A stretch of 64,000 nt of DNA. It comes from Octopus vulgaris. Its lineage: Eukaryota. Below, piece by piece: positions 1 to 14,200 of this stretch (the first letter of the stretch is position 1; every line of letters begins with the position of its first letter). Below the pieces are notes generated by a model. That model was given only the letters and a program-made list of their open reading frames with translations, searched no databases and was not told the origin of the DNA. The stretch is from the NCBI GenBank assembly GCA_951406725.2, contig OX597824.1, forward strand, positions 47,430,001 to 47,494,000, given 5' to 3'. Both the position numbers and the translations under genes were made by a program.

Positions 1-203
1 TCTGGCACCTGTGTCGGTGGCACATAAAAAGCACCCACTACATTCACGGAGTGGTTGGCGTTAGGAAGGGCATCCAGCTGTAGAAACACTGCCAGATCTG
101 ACTCGCCTGGTGCAGCCTTCGGGCTTCCCAGACCCCAGTTGAACCGTCCAACCCATGCTAGCATGGAAAGCGGATGTTAAACGATGATGATGATGATGAT
201 GAT
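1..203 (+). mobile_element. RTE-type 3' end / RTE-tailed SINE with (GAT)n tail
   Basis: Same sequence as 58950-59140 (GGCACNTAAAAAGCACCCA...TTAGGAAGGGCATCCAGC...GTTAAACGATGATGAT). Confidence 0.9.
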
Positions 204-1420
204 GAATCTTCATTCATTCTGCCACATACAAAAACTATCTTCCCAGTTAGCCTTCCTTTGATATTACTGCACCTCTTATGTGTCCATAGCTTACACTGGA
301 TACATCTTATAGAGTTTCTACCTACGCCTCTATTACAGATCGAGCAGGGCCATCTACCTGAAGGGATTTATGGATTGCCTGCCTTCCTACTTATTAGGAC
401 TTAGGTTTTAGCTAGGTTGACTCTAAGGCCCTTTGATTCTAATCCTTGTTTCCACACCTGAAACTTCTCCTCAAGTTCTGATAGTGACTCAACAATTAGA
501 GCAAGGTCATCAGCATAGAGGAGCTCCCAGGGGCATCCTGTCTTGAATTCCTCTGTTATTGCCTGGAGAACTATGATAAATAGGAGGGGGCTAAGGACTG
601 AACCTTGGTGGACCCCAACCTCCACCCAGAATTCTTCAGTGTACTCGTTGCCAACCCTCACCTTACTGACAGCGTCCCTGTACATGGCTTGCACAGCTCT
701 CATTAACCATTCATCTATCCCTAGTTTCCTCATTGACCACCAGATAAGGGATCAGGTGACCCTGTCAAAGGCTTTCTCCATGTCAACGAAAGCCAGATAC
801 AGAGGTTTATCTTTGGCTAGGTATTTCTCCTGCAGCTGTCTTACCAGAAATATAGCATCAGTGGTGCTTTTCCCTGGCACGAAACCAAACTGCATCTCAT
901 CTAAACTGACTCTCTCCCTAATTAGTTGGGCTATGACCCTCTCCATGACCTTCATTACCTGATCGAACAGCTTGATACCTCTGTAATTACTTGTATCTAG
1001 GGCGTCACCTTTACCTTTGTAGCAGTTGACTATAGTGCTGCTACACCAATCATTGGGTATGACTCCTTCGTGTGTCACCTGGTTAACTATACGGGTGACT
1101 AGGCTATAGCCGACACTGCCAAATATTTTGAGCATCTCTGCAGTAATTCTAGATGGGCCAGGGTCTTTCCCTGTCTTCATACTCTTAGTTGCTTTAGCTA
1201 CCAAGGTACTGTCAACTCGGATAGCTGGTCCCTCTGTTGGGTCGACATTCGGCAGACTCTCTTTATCCCATTCATTCTCTTTGTTGAGCAACCTTTCATA
1301 GTGGCATCTCCAAACCTCTCTCTTTGCATCCTCATTTAGCACAACTGAACCATCATTCATGCAAACACATTTCTCTCCTACAACATCACAATTCTCTCTC
1401 ACACACTGTCTTGCAACAAG
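204..1420 (-). mobile_element. RTE LINE fragment (RT and PHD), frameshifted
   Basis: ORFs 752-1402 and 401-733 closely match the 56459 element (KAFDRV, GVHQG, YADD). Confidence 0.95.
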
Positions 1421-3105
1421 AAGATATTAAATATTAGTAGCACTAATGTGCAACTAAAAAGAGTAGGCCTACTGAAATAACTTGAACCCTGTACCATTCA
1501 CTTGCTAAGCAATTGCATTATTGATTACACTACGGAATGCGTTCCATTTTGTTTTCCCTAATTAGTTATTATAAACGTGAGAACTTAATTTGAGGAAACT
1601 GACTGACAAAGCAGATGGTAATTTGGTTACCTGACATGCAAAGAGTCATAGTTTAAGTCCTATTAGTAGAGTCTGTTACTTCTTTCTGCCTCATATCATA
1701 GCTGTTAATGTCTAATATCATTTACATTAAGATCTTAGCAGTTAATTCCTGACATAGACTGAGTTTATTCTACATTATATGATTTTGTGAGCAATATCAT
1801 CAGTAGTCTACTACTCCTGTTAAGGCTACCCATGGCAACAAGGTCAAAGAAAAAACCCAGACTGTGCATGACCAACACCCTTCAAGACCCAACAGTGGAG
1901 CAGGTAGATTAGACAACAACAATGGCTGATCTAATTAATATTAACTGGTAGAAGAGGGTAATGCCAGATGGACTGGTTAAAAAGGTATCAAATCAAAACC
2001 ACAGTTGAGTCAACAGTAATTGATTGTTACAATTTCACCACCTGCTACTGTGGAGTCTCATTGTACATGTGCCACAGAGGATGGTCCTGAAGCCATAGTG
2101 TTATCTTCAAGGCTAGTTTTGGACTATATTGAAAGTCTGTACAATCACAAACATTTACATCTACCAAGCACATGTTTACATTACATTCTGTTGTACTGCA
2201 CAGCCAATGAGAGCAGTAGACTTACAAAAGAGAAAGTATTAGACCACTTTTGCTTTTGCCACATACTTTGTCTTTGTAGTCTTTTTCTGAAGTTCCTAAG
2301 TTTGTCATTGGTGTTGGATCAGTTTCCTTCAACAATTACTGAAAAGGTGCCTCTGTTGATGTGGTCATGCACTCTGTTGTCCACAGGATAGACTCTCAAA
2401 AGCCCCTGTTAGGATGGCATAAATGGTGAAATGGACAACTAAAAATGTGTACAATCAAATTAGATATTAAACTGATATTTCACCTTTGTGCATATAGTGT
2501 CCATTGTTGGAATCAAATCTGGTTGGTTTCCATTACAGAAGTTTATCACCAGATAGTCAGCTTCTGTTCATGTTAAAGATTTGATTCAAACTACCAAAGA
2601 TTCTTCTATGGATTTTTTGTACTCATTATACAGAGTTTCTGCTTATTCTAATGTTGTACTATGTGAAGCCATACTCTTATTATAATTACAGGACATTTAC
2701 ATTCTCACCGGACAAGTTTTGATTACATTCACTTTCAGGTCTTTAGTCACAAACACATTTTCTAAGTACAAATGTTAACAGTTCTCAGATAGATTCTGCA
2801 ATGAAACTCAAGTCATTCTTATACAAATGTTCTGAAAACTATAGATTATTGACCTCCTTTATGAATGCTTCAAGGATTAGAATGAAGCATCATTGTCAGT
2901 TATTTCTGGTGTTAGAGAGATTCAATTTCTTTCTGTTGAATGAAATGCCAATGGCATAGCTGTTTATAGTGGATCTCAACTTGCCATGGAGTGACTTTTA
3001 TACTATGGCTTCAGGACCATCTTCTGCACAGTAGCAAGTTACATATCTCATAACTGATTATTCAGATTTATAAATGAAATGGAAATATTCGTAATTACAG
3101 CCTAC

Positions 3106-3246
3106 CATCATAAATGACTTCATCATTATGTAGAACTTTGAAGTTCAAATTCTTCATTAATTTTCCTTTTGTACAAAGGCAACCAGCAACTGGGTGTTTC
3201 TTTTTGTTCACTGTTACTTGAAAAATTTCTAAAATATTAGCTTCAC
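3106..3246 (-). CDS. MTIF2: MTIF2 exon (start of C2 domain); remainder outside the window
   Basis: [47 protein letters not shown]; GTAGGC donor. Confidence 0.93.
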
Positions 3247-3571
3247 CTGAAATATTAAACAAATGCAGAAATCTTAAATAAACATCATCAAAAATTAAAT
3301 AAGCTTCAAAATTGTTCTACCATTCATGCTGTTATAGATTATTTGGTGTAATACAAAATCATTTTATATTAAATTATCTCATCTGAAGCCCAACATTCTC
3401 TAATCTGACCTAAACAAACACATCTCAAGTCATTCATAAATCAAATGCACAAGTTCACAACTGCTGGTATAATAAGATTTCTGGTGGAGACTTGTTGCTT
3501 TACACTGTAGGAATAAACCTGAAACTACATGGTTGGGAAGCAAACTTCTTAACTACACAGCAATGATACGC

Positions 3572-3602
<31 letters not shown>

Positions 3603-6600
3603 TATATAAATAAGAATTACGATATAAACTCAAATTAGGCAATCATAATCATACAGTTATAAATTTGACTTAAAATGTGCATACATATATTAATACATAT
3701 CGGCACATATGAAAATTTTTTTAAATATTTATAAACTATAAATATATATATAAATATGCATAAAAATACATGTAAATAAAACCCATGTGGGATATGTATG
3801 GAAAGAAGTGTGAGAAAAAGAGAACTGATAAATTCTTTTTTTTTTACTAAAATTAAGAGTGGTTAAGAGTTTCAATTAAAAGGTCCATAGAGTTTGATGT
3901 CTTTTTAAAAATATATAAATGGTATATAAGGTATATAATACAGTTCAAGGAAGTCCACTTTATACAGCTGTTTCCAGAGTTCATGCCCTGGTAGAAAAAT
4001 TAATAAAATATCTTACAAACCATGCGGACAATGTCCCCTTCATCAGGAAAGTTATCCTCATAAAATTACATCCTTGACACTTTTGTTTACAGATTGTGCA
4101 ACGTGTCAAGACAAGAGAAATACAAATACCCACCACACACACACATACACAACAGGCTTCTTTCAGTTTCTACTTACCAGTTTCACTCACAATGTTTTGG
4201 TTGGCCTGGGGCAATAGTAGAAGACACTTGCCCAAGGTGCCATACAATGTGACTGAACCTGAAACTATCGTTGGGCAGAGAACTTCTTAACCACACAACC
4301 ATGCCTGTGCCTTATATAGATGTGAGTGTGCATGTGCATCCAAACACGTGTGTGTGTAGATATATATATATATAGAGAGAGAGAGAGAGGATTCCTTGTA
4401 TGTGTGTAATTAGAATGTATTTTAAAACATTTATGTTTCTCAATAAGATTTTAATGGAGTATTACCAACAATTTCTTCTTTGGTCAAAAGTGGAAGCTGC
4501 TCGCTGAGACGGTCTTTCAAATCATTGAAGAGTTTATAAATAACTTTGTGCAAGTTCACTGGAACCTTTTTGGCCTTAGCTAGTTTTGCCACAGAATCAG
4601 GGATATCTACATTGAATCCATAAATAATTCCTAGAAGAAAAAATAAACAAACAAACAACTGAAGATATGTCAAAACATTTCCACTGACCCTTCCCACCCT
4701 ATCATTTACAAACCCACTGACTCCCATTACTATTTCAGTTTCAACTTATACTATATCACTCAAACCGAATCTTCTACCACCTTTCTTTCAACTATTTCTT
4801 TGCATTTGTCAACTGTGTAACCCAACTGTATAATACTGTTGCCACTAACCACAGCTACAAAATAACTAACCACATGTACAAAATATAAAGATCATCTTTA
4901 CCTCTGCTGCTAACAAAGGACCTTTTGCTCAGAGTGAAAGGCAGACTGTATGATGCCTGCATGCAAACAGCTAGGCTGCAGCAGTGAAACATGGGCTGTG
5001 ACTGCTGAGGACATGTATACGCTTGTAAGAAATGAAGCTAGTATGCTCAGCTGGTCATTTTTTTCCACCCTGACCTATTGAGGTAAGTGAAATCAAAATC
5101 AAAATCGCTGACATGGCTGATGTCAGTACCGCCTCATTGGCACTCATGCCATTGGAATGTTAAAAGCACATCCAAGCGTGATTGTTGCCAGGGCCACAGA
5201 TTGGCTCCCGTACTGGTGACACATGAAAAGCACCATTCGAGCTTAGTCATTGCCAGCATCACCTTACCAGCACGTGCCAGTGGCATGTGAAAAACAACAT
5301 TTGAGCATGGTCGTTGCTGGTGCCACCAGGCTGGCTCCCATGCAAGAGGCATATGGAAACACCTTTTGAGCATGGTCATTGCCAGAACCACTTGGCTGGC
5401 CCTCATGCCGGTGGCACATAAAAGCACCCACTACACTCTCAGAGTGGTTGGCGATAGGAAAGGTATCCAGCTGTAGAAATTTTGCCAGATCAGATTGAGC
5501 ATGGTGCAGCCTCTGGCTCACCAGCCCTCAGTCAAACCGTCCAACCCATACCAGTTTGGAAAGCGGATGTTAAACGATGATGATGATGATGATATGAAAC
5601 AGACAGATTTCTTTCAGTTTCCAAATATTTCTGAATATCAGATGAAAGGGGTCTTGTTTCATCAGGACAATGCTGCAGTACACAAGTTCTTGGTTTCAAT
5701 GGCTGTTATGCAGTTGTGCATAATTGCGGCTTTGAACTGGTTGATTACCCCCCATATTCTCCTGATTTGGTCCTATCCGATTATCATCTGTTCCACAGCA
5801 TGAAAAAACACTTGACAGGGAACCATTATTGCAGTGATGGTGACATCATATCAGCTGCTAATGACATTTTTGCCCAACAGGATGAAAGCTTCTTCACCAA
5901 TGGGATCCAAGCACTGCAACACTGATGGAAGAAGTGTGTGGACCGCAAGGGAGACTATGTTGAAAAATAAACCTCATTTGGTCACATTCCATGAGAGTAT
6001 TTTGGTCAGCTTATGAGCTTTCAAGTCAACCCTCACATGTGTGTGTGTGTGTAAATAGGTATGTATCCCTGGCACCTTGGGAAAGTGTTTTCTACTATAG
6101 CCTTGGGCTGACCAAAGCCTTGTGAGTGGTTTTGGTAGATGGAAACTGAAAGTCTGTTGTATGTATGTGTGTGTGTCTTTGTGTCTGTCCCCCCCACTGC
6201 TGCTTGACAACCAGTGCTGACATGTTTATGTTCCCGTAACTTAGAAGTTCAGCAAAAAAGACCAATAGAATCAATACCAGGCTTATAAGAAAGAAAATAA
6301 AAAAATAACAAGTACTGAGATCAATACACTCAACAAAAAATTCTTCAAGACGATGCCCCAGCATGGCCACAGTCTAATGACTGAAACAAATAAAAGATAA
6401 AAGATAGTCTTATACCAAGCTGAACAAGTCAATATTTGAGTGAAGAATGTGACAGTATTTTGCCTAGAATAAGAAAAAAACTAAAAGAAAATAAAGAAAC
6501 TTTCACTCCCACGCATTAACAACAAATAAATTCTATCCTTGCACAAATTGGATGACTTTAGAAATTACTAAGAAAGTAATGTATAGATTCTTTGTTTGCA

Positions 6601-7783
6601 CCATACAACTATAAAGAAATAGACAAAACTTTTTTTGATGATGGTCAAGATAAATGGATAAGTTTGATATAAAAGTAATCTACTGTACCTGTTTGTCTAT
6701 ATGCTAAGTCAGAGCTGAAAGACTCCACAATTTGAATGGTGGTGATGATCCCGAAATGGACTTAAGATCAGATACTAGTCAATCAATCCAGCATGCAAGA
6801 CCTCACATTAGTGAGTTGGGGGTAGCGATGCCCAAAACCAAGTGCATTCTCTCCTAATGACCCCTAAAACCTACTGGAATCTAATATGCAGAGTTTTCAA
6901 CTGACTATACTTGCACAAACAAACTGTTTCTAAGCCAACAAATTACAAAATACAGGAGAACAAAGGCCATGATGATGGCCATGAATGTAGAGATAGTGTA
7001 GAGTAAAACTTGAAATATAGTGATTGCTAACCTTCAAATGCAGCAGCCATTTCAACATCATTTTCAGTTACACTACCAATACCATAGTGGAGGAAATCAA
7101 GCCGGCACTCCTGTGATTTGTATGTATCTAATGTATCCATGATGGCTTCTAAGGAACCGTCAACATCTCCTGTGAATAAATACTTAAAATGAATAATTAT
7201 ATATTCTAGAAGAAAATAAAATGTATCACTAATGACAAGATAAGAATTTGTTCAAACCCTGAGTGCAATGATATCAATGGAACAGTTTATAATTTCCTTC
7301 TAAAATCATTAACACATTTACCTGACCTTTTTGTTGAGTGTGTTAGACATGGTGTGGATTGACTGAATTTTTTTTTTAAACAAGAGTAAAACATGGAATA
7401 TATGTAACAGACTTAATTTTATTTATTGATGATTTAGAAATTTAAAATATTACAATGCTATCTCTGACTTTTAACAAATAAATGTTTGACAGGAAAGATG
7501 TGATAATGGGTTCAAGCTTTGCTATAGATGTGTTATGTGTTATGACACCAAGCAAATCATACAGAGCACATAAGATAAATTCATATTGTCTCAGTTTTCC
7601 CTGAAAGACACATTTTTAAAAATGCCATTTTTCAAGGTCTTTGAGGGTAATAAATACTGACAGGAACTTGTTGTCAACATCCAAGACATTTCATATATAT
7701 ATAGTGCTCAATGACAGGCTATGAACTAGCTCAGTTTCGGCCAGTATACCACAGCCTTAACATCACAAAAAAAAGAGAGGTAG

Positions 7784-7814
<31 letters not shown>

Positions 7815-10800
7815 CGTGCATGCACTTAAGTGTTGGAAGGATTGTTATAATTTTCAGCAAACTATTTTTATACAGTGTGAAAAAATAATTAATATAAAGT
7901 ATGATTAAAATATTAAATAAAAGTGTGTGTGTGTGTGTGTATGTACAGGGGTTGGACAAAATAATGGAAACATCTTCAAATTTCAAATAAATTTATTTTG
8001 ATATGGGGTAGGACTGCCTTTGGCAGTAATTACAGCTTGAATTCTATAAGGTATGGAATTGCACAAAGTTTGAATTGTTTCCAAAGGAACTTTTGTCCAT
8101 TCCTCAGCTAAAAGTCACCAGTTCTTGTAGTGATGATGGTGGAGGATATCGACTCCTTACTTCTTTTTCTAAAATGCACCACAAATGTTCATTAATATTG
8201 AGATCTGGGGACTGTGGTAGCCAGATAAGATGTTCAACTTCACACAACTTTAGCTGTGTGAATTGGTTCATTTTCATTCTGAAAGATTGCGTTTTCCTCC
8301 AAAAACATAGGATGAATTTGATCAGATAAAATGCTTAAATAGTCTTGACTATTAATTCTGCCATGAAGTGAGACCATTGGGCTAGCAGATTTCCAAGATA
8401 TAGCCCCCCCAGATCATCACAGATCCTCCTCCATGTTTACAGTTGGAAGAAGGTAGTCTGGGTCAAATGCTTCTTTTGGCTGTCTCCACATGTATACTTG
8501 GCTGGTGGTCAGAAATACGGTAAAGGATGAATCATCCAAGAAAACGTTCTTCCACTGCTCTAGGGAACAATTCTGCAGGTTTTTACTCCACTCTAAACAC
8601 TTTGCAATGTTTGATTTTGAAAGTAGTGGTTTTCTGATTGCAGCCCTCCAGTGAAATCTGGCTTTGTACAGCTCCCAGCAAACAGTTTTTGTGGAAACTA
8701 GATTCTCGGGTGGTCATCAAGCTCTGCAGTAATTTTGGGAGCCATACTTTTGTGATCCTTTCTCACAATTCGTGTAAGTGTCCAATGATCTCTATTTGAA
8801 AGCTTTGGTTTTCTTCCAGAGTTTTGTTTTGATGAGGTTTTTCCCTCTTTTTCAAAGGCTGTCATTACTTTCAAGACAGTACTTCTTCATACACCAAACA
8901 TTTCAGCTGTTTTCATTATGCTAGCACCTGCCATATGAGCACTAACAATTTGACCTCTTTGAAAGTTCAATAGATCTGTCATTTTAATGAATTTTAATTA
9001 CCTATTTCTGATGATATCAGAAAAGAAACAGCAATTTTAGCAAAACTTATTAAGCAACACTAATAATAAATCAAAAAACATAAAAATAAACAAGTGTTTG
9101 ACTGTTTTATAGATATTTCAAAATTATGATGCTAGGTTTTTCCATTATTTTGTCTAACTCTTATATATCTATATTAGTGTGTGTGTATGTATTAATATAT
9201 ATTTATATATGCATGAGTTTGAGGATGTATGCACATGCACACACATACATTGAATGTGATTCAGTATTACATATTAAAAGAAGTGTAACCAACATGAACA
9301 ACCTTCATTTTTAAACATATCTTAGTTGACTTATTTAATATGAGGCATATTTTAAAAAAATTTGAAGAAGTAAATAAGGTTTGATGCCAACTGAAACAAG
9401 TTAGATGAGTTTGCAACATGGCATCTTTCTAAATATCGCAGTTTCACCTATGAGACTTAATTTAACTATTTTAAATAAAATTTGTTTTGTTTTACATATG
9501 TGCAATTGTGTATGTGTGTGTGTATAATCTTTTCTAATGATAAATGTAAATGTTAGTATGGGTTGGATTATTTTTAAAATTTAGATATTCAGTAGTAGCT
9601 TCCACTAATGTTAATAACAAATTAAAGATTCAATATAGTTTGACCTCAGATAAAGTAGAATCACGATATAACCTTTTAATACAATTGATAGCTGTGGTCC
9701 TTCATATGAAGTAACTGTCTCTTTTGTTTTCATTGTCCATATTTTTCTCTTGCGCCCAGCTTCTCGTCGTTTCTCTAGCTCAGCTTCATACACAATTTGA
9801 TGTTCAAAGCGTTTTTGGTCAATAAAAACTTGATCTTTCTCTTTCTTTTGTTCCATCTGCTGCTGTTTTCTCCAATTAATTATTTCTTTTAATCTCTGCT
9901 ACAATATAGATAACAAAAAAAAAAAAAAATTAGACAAGATAGTCAATGGAATGTTTTGCTTAATGACATAAAATAAAGAAAATAATGAAAAAATAGACTC
10001 TAAGAACACCAAAATAACCTCTATTAAAATATTTTATCAGTATTTTTGCCTTCCTTAATTAAAAATGCAATACTTGTTCCTAAAATATCAAAATTCTAAA
10101 ATTTCAGGATTTTAAAAAGAATATATTTAGAATATCCATCATCATTTAACATCCATTTTCCATACTGGCATGGGTTAGACAGTTTGACAGGAGCTGGCCA
10201 GCCGAAGAACCGCCCAGCCTCTGTGTCTGTTTTGGCATGGTTTCTATAGCTGGATGCCCTTCCTAACACCATGCCCTTAAAATTAATTACCATACAATAC
10301 CTTTAAAAAAATTTTAAAGACATCTTGAAAAATTATATGAACACTTGAATTAAATTAATTGAAAAGATATAACAATTTACAAAATGTTTAATCAAAACTA
10401 CAATGTCTAAACTATGATTAAACGAAGAGATAATAATAACAAGAAAAATGTAAATCTCAGGAAAACTGAAAGATGTCTCTTTGTAAATTTTCACTTTTTA
10501 CTTCCTTGTTATGTTCTTTTTCTGTTCATACTTCCAATAATCATACTAATGTATTCATCAAAAGAAATGGGGAAAAAGAGAACCATGTAATAGTACTTCA
10601 GTAGAAACTTGAAATATTTCCTCTCCAGCATTTGGAAGTTCTCTCCAGCCAATCACTTCTACGGGTGTACTTGGACCAGCAGCTTGCACAAGTTGACCCC
10701 TCTCATCAAACATTGCACGCACCTAAAAAGCATACAGACCACTTTGTTGTTAGGTGAGTAGACAAATCATTTTTATATAGGGGTATGTTTTTGATTTTCA

Positions 10801-11175
10801 CTTTTAATGATGACTAAGAAATTATAAGTTAGTCTGAACAACAAAACAAAATCTATACACTCTGACTACTGCTTGTATACAAGGATAAGAAATATAGATT
10901 CTAATGTCTCTTTTCCATACTTGCATGAGTCAGGCAAGAGTACATTAAAGAAGGTTTTATACAGCAAAATTCTCTTTCTGAAGTCAGCTCCCATCTGTTT
11001 CCAAGCAATGTAATAATCTCTCATTCTAGCGAACAACAAACAGTCTGGACATGTTTTTGCAGTGGGCTGCAAGCAAACAATACCATCAGTGAAGCCACTG
11101 GTTACAACCAACAAATGAACACACATGAAGACAAGACAAATGGAAATATGGACTCATTCACATAAGCGCACACAA

Positions 11176-11210
<35 letters not shown>

Positions 11211-14200
11211 TGTGTGTGCATGTATGTATATGTACATGCACACACATGATGGATTTCTTTCAGTTTGCATTTGCCATATCCACTCACAAAACTTTAGTTA
11301 ACCCAGAGCTATAGTAGAAGACAACTGCCCTGCATTGGTTGGGAAGCAAATTTCTTAATCACACAGCTATGCCTGCACTACACACAGTTATACTTGTGTT
11401 ATCCACAGCCATAAAACTTGGCACAAAAGATCCTATTACTTAGGAATGAGTTTTTTAGGGAAGATTTACTACTGTATTAGCAGATTGCATGTACTGAGTT
11501 CATACTAATAATTTAACAAAGATATACTTTCTTTCTCTTCTCATATCCTATCTTAATGAAATACTAATAATGCTGACAATAGTTGGAAAGATCAAGCAAA
11601 ATTACACACTGTTTAAGATGACATAAAAAAAAAAGAATTTGAAATATTTTTAATAAATTTTACATTTTATTTCTTGTATGATGACATGTATTAGATAACT
11701 TTATAAATTCTTATGTTTGCATAATTTGTGAGGGTGTCTTTACCAATATTACACGTTAGTTTAACACCCACTCAGTTGCATTAAAGTAGCACATAGATAT
11801 ATGTTCTTTGCAGGGATACAAAATCATGCCATGATGAGAACTTTAACTTCAAAACAAAACAAAAGACTGACAAAAGAATAAAAATATGAAAAACAAAGTT
11901 ACCTTTGCCCAAGCTGGCCCAGCTATCAGATATGCACCTTTCTTCAATGTCCCTCTTTCCACAATTACTGTAGCAAGTTTTCTAAAGAGAATAAACTATA
12001 AATCAGTAAGTTATTAAATCATGAGAAAAAGAATTTTTCAAAATATATTTTGATACAATTGAATATTTGGTTGTTAAGAGATGGTCTGATATCAATCTTG
12101 TACTGGTTATTTCAAATGTTGAAATCACTAGTGGTTCAAGTACATCAAGCTGTGAACTTTACATTACTAATATAGAATTACTCACTGTACTAAGTCATGC
12201 TTGCAAGGAAAGTTAGGTATGAAAGGTAAAGTAGTAAAGTAATCTTGGTTAGACCTACAGATACATAGCACAGATGTAGACAATCACATACTGGGAACGA
12301 TCCAGTACACTCAATTTATTTCATATAGTCTAAATTTTTAGTCAGGTTTTCTTCTTTTTTTTTGTCATATTCTTCAGATGGTTGGTCTGCTGATCATATA
12401 CATTTGGCTTCAACAATGACTCCAAATGTTTATCATATCCTCTAGCTCTATGTAGGTGAGAGTTAATATTAGCATTAAAGACAGGGTTATTATTGTAGTG
12501 GCTTTTGCTATGATGATCAATATCTAACAATTATTCTTCAAGTGGTTCTACTTTGTGTACAAGCAATTGATCCCTGAACAATAAGATTTTAGTTCAGAAC
12601 AAACTAGGGGGATGATGATACCAATGTTGAAGAGTCCAAACTATGTCACAGAAACAGCTAATGAAACACTGAGCAATTATCTATATTAGATGTGCATTTT
12701 GGACTCTGTGGAACCTTATTGTTTTAGTTTTCCAGTCATGCCCATCATTACATGTAAGTTGTTGGATGTTTCTGTTTTTATTAACTCAAATAACTATCAG
12801 GAACAGAGGAAAAAACATTTGATAATAAAACAACATTGAACAACATTAAAAAGTAAAGTCAGGTGTGGTGAAGCCTGATAATTTCTAGTCATAATCATAC
12901 TAGTTATGTGAGATTGATTTTTCTTACAATGTTGTGAAAATTGCAATGGTAGTGAAGCTCAGCTTGTCATTCAGGTATTGAATTTCATTATTACATGAAT
13001 ATTGCAATATATTACATACTCTACAGTTTATATATTCAAATTTCTATAGTTTCCATATTCAAATTTGACCAGAGTCAATTTTTACCTTCCATTATCATGT
13101 TGTTGATAGATAAAATATATACAAGACACTCAAACATATTGTAAATTGTTCTCACTTACAAACATTACATACTGTAATAAATTATTAACTCTGTCATAAG
13201 TTGAAATATTGTTTTATTCCAGTAAATTCTTTGTATAACAGTTCACTCAATAACTATGTTATTAGATTTTTGATCATAGTAACTCTGAGAGTCAACTATA
13301 ACCTGGTTTTAACATATAACTAGTTGAGGTCTCTGGTATACATGATTATTATACAACTCTGTACTACTGTGATGTAATATGTCACAACTTGATATTATTT
13401 ATCAAGTTATAATAAATAAGGAAGAGGGAGTCACCCAATGCAATATGGTGTCCTACAACTGAAGTAAAAGCTAACTTTTAATGAACATTCTAGAGCAGTT
13501 GTGCAATCCTACATATTTACCACTAATATTTACCACTGGATATTTACAACAAAAATTCCAAGTATCTAAATTGCATGCGGATTATGCAGTATTCTGCATG
13601 TCTTCGTCACTAAACTGTCTTAAATGATAGGATCATTTAAATCAATTATATTATTTTTGTTTCAAAAAATAATTTTGCATGTAATAAAAAGAAATTGTAA
13701 TTTCAGTGTAAATCAGAGTTTAAGAAAAAAGAAGGAAAAGCAAAGAAATATTTGATTCAAACCCTCTATGAAGATCAGTATATGATTCAACAACATGACC
13801 TTCCACAAATCCTGTTGGATCACCTTTTAGCTCCAATATTTCTGCCAATGCAACAATGTTTTCACAGAGATCAATTAAATTGGTTCCCTAAAAAAGGAAT
13901 ATGAAGTAAAATGTAAAGATAGGATTATAATAGTGCCAGGGGTAAAAATGGAATTGGCAGTAAATATTTCAGAATATGATCTTAATTAAACATAACAAAA
14001 TAATGCAAAAATACATTGAAATAACAAAGAGAAAGAGGAACAGACAGAAGAAAAGACAAGGGGCAGATAGGAAAAAGGAGTGTCACTGGCATGTAAGGCT
14101 TTATGAATGTTTGTGTATGTGTGTGTAATTTAAGAGCATGAAAATAACTGATAAATATAAAACCTTAATACCTTCAGAGCTGAAATTGGTACAACAGGAA

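Noticed and set aside
543-962. Antisense ORFs over RTE copies (also 54943-55380, 57595-58206)
   Set aside because: Shadow frames of RT coding sequence.
1824-1839. RFX X-box-like GCTACCCATGGCAAC
   Set aside because: Single imperfect match deep in an intron; could be chance.
9008-9026. CTGATGA...GAAA inside the Tc1 copies (also ~22972) as a hammerhead
   Set aside because: No compatible stems I and III; just a short palindrome in the transposon.
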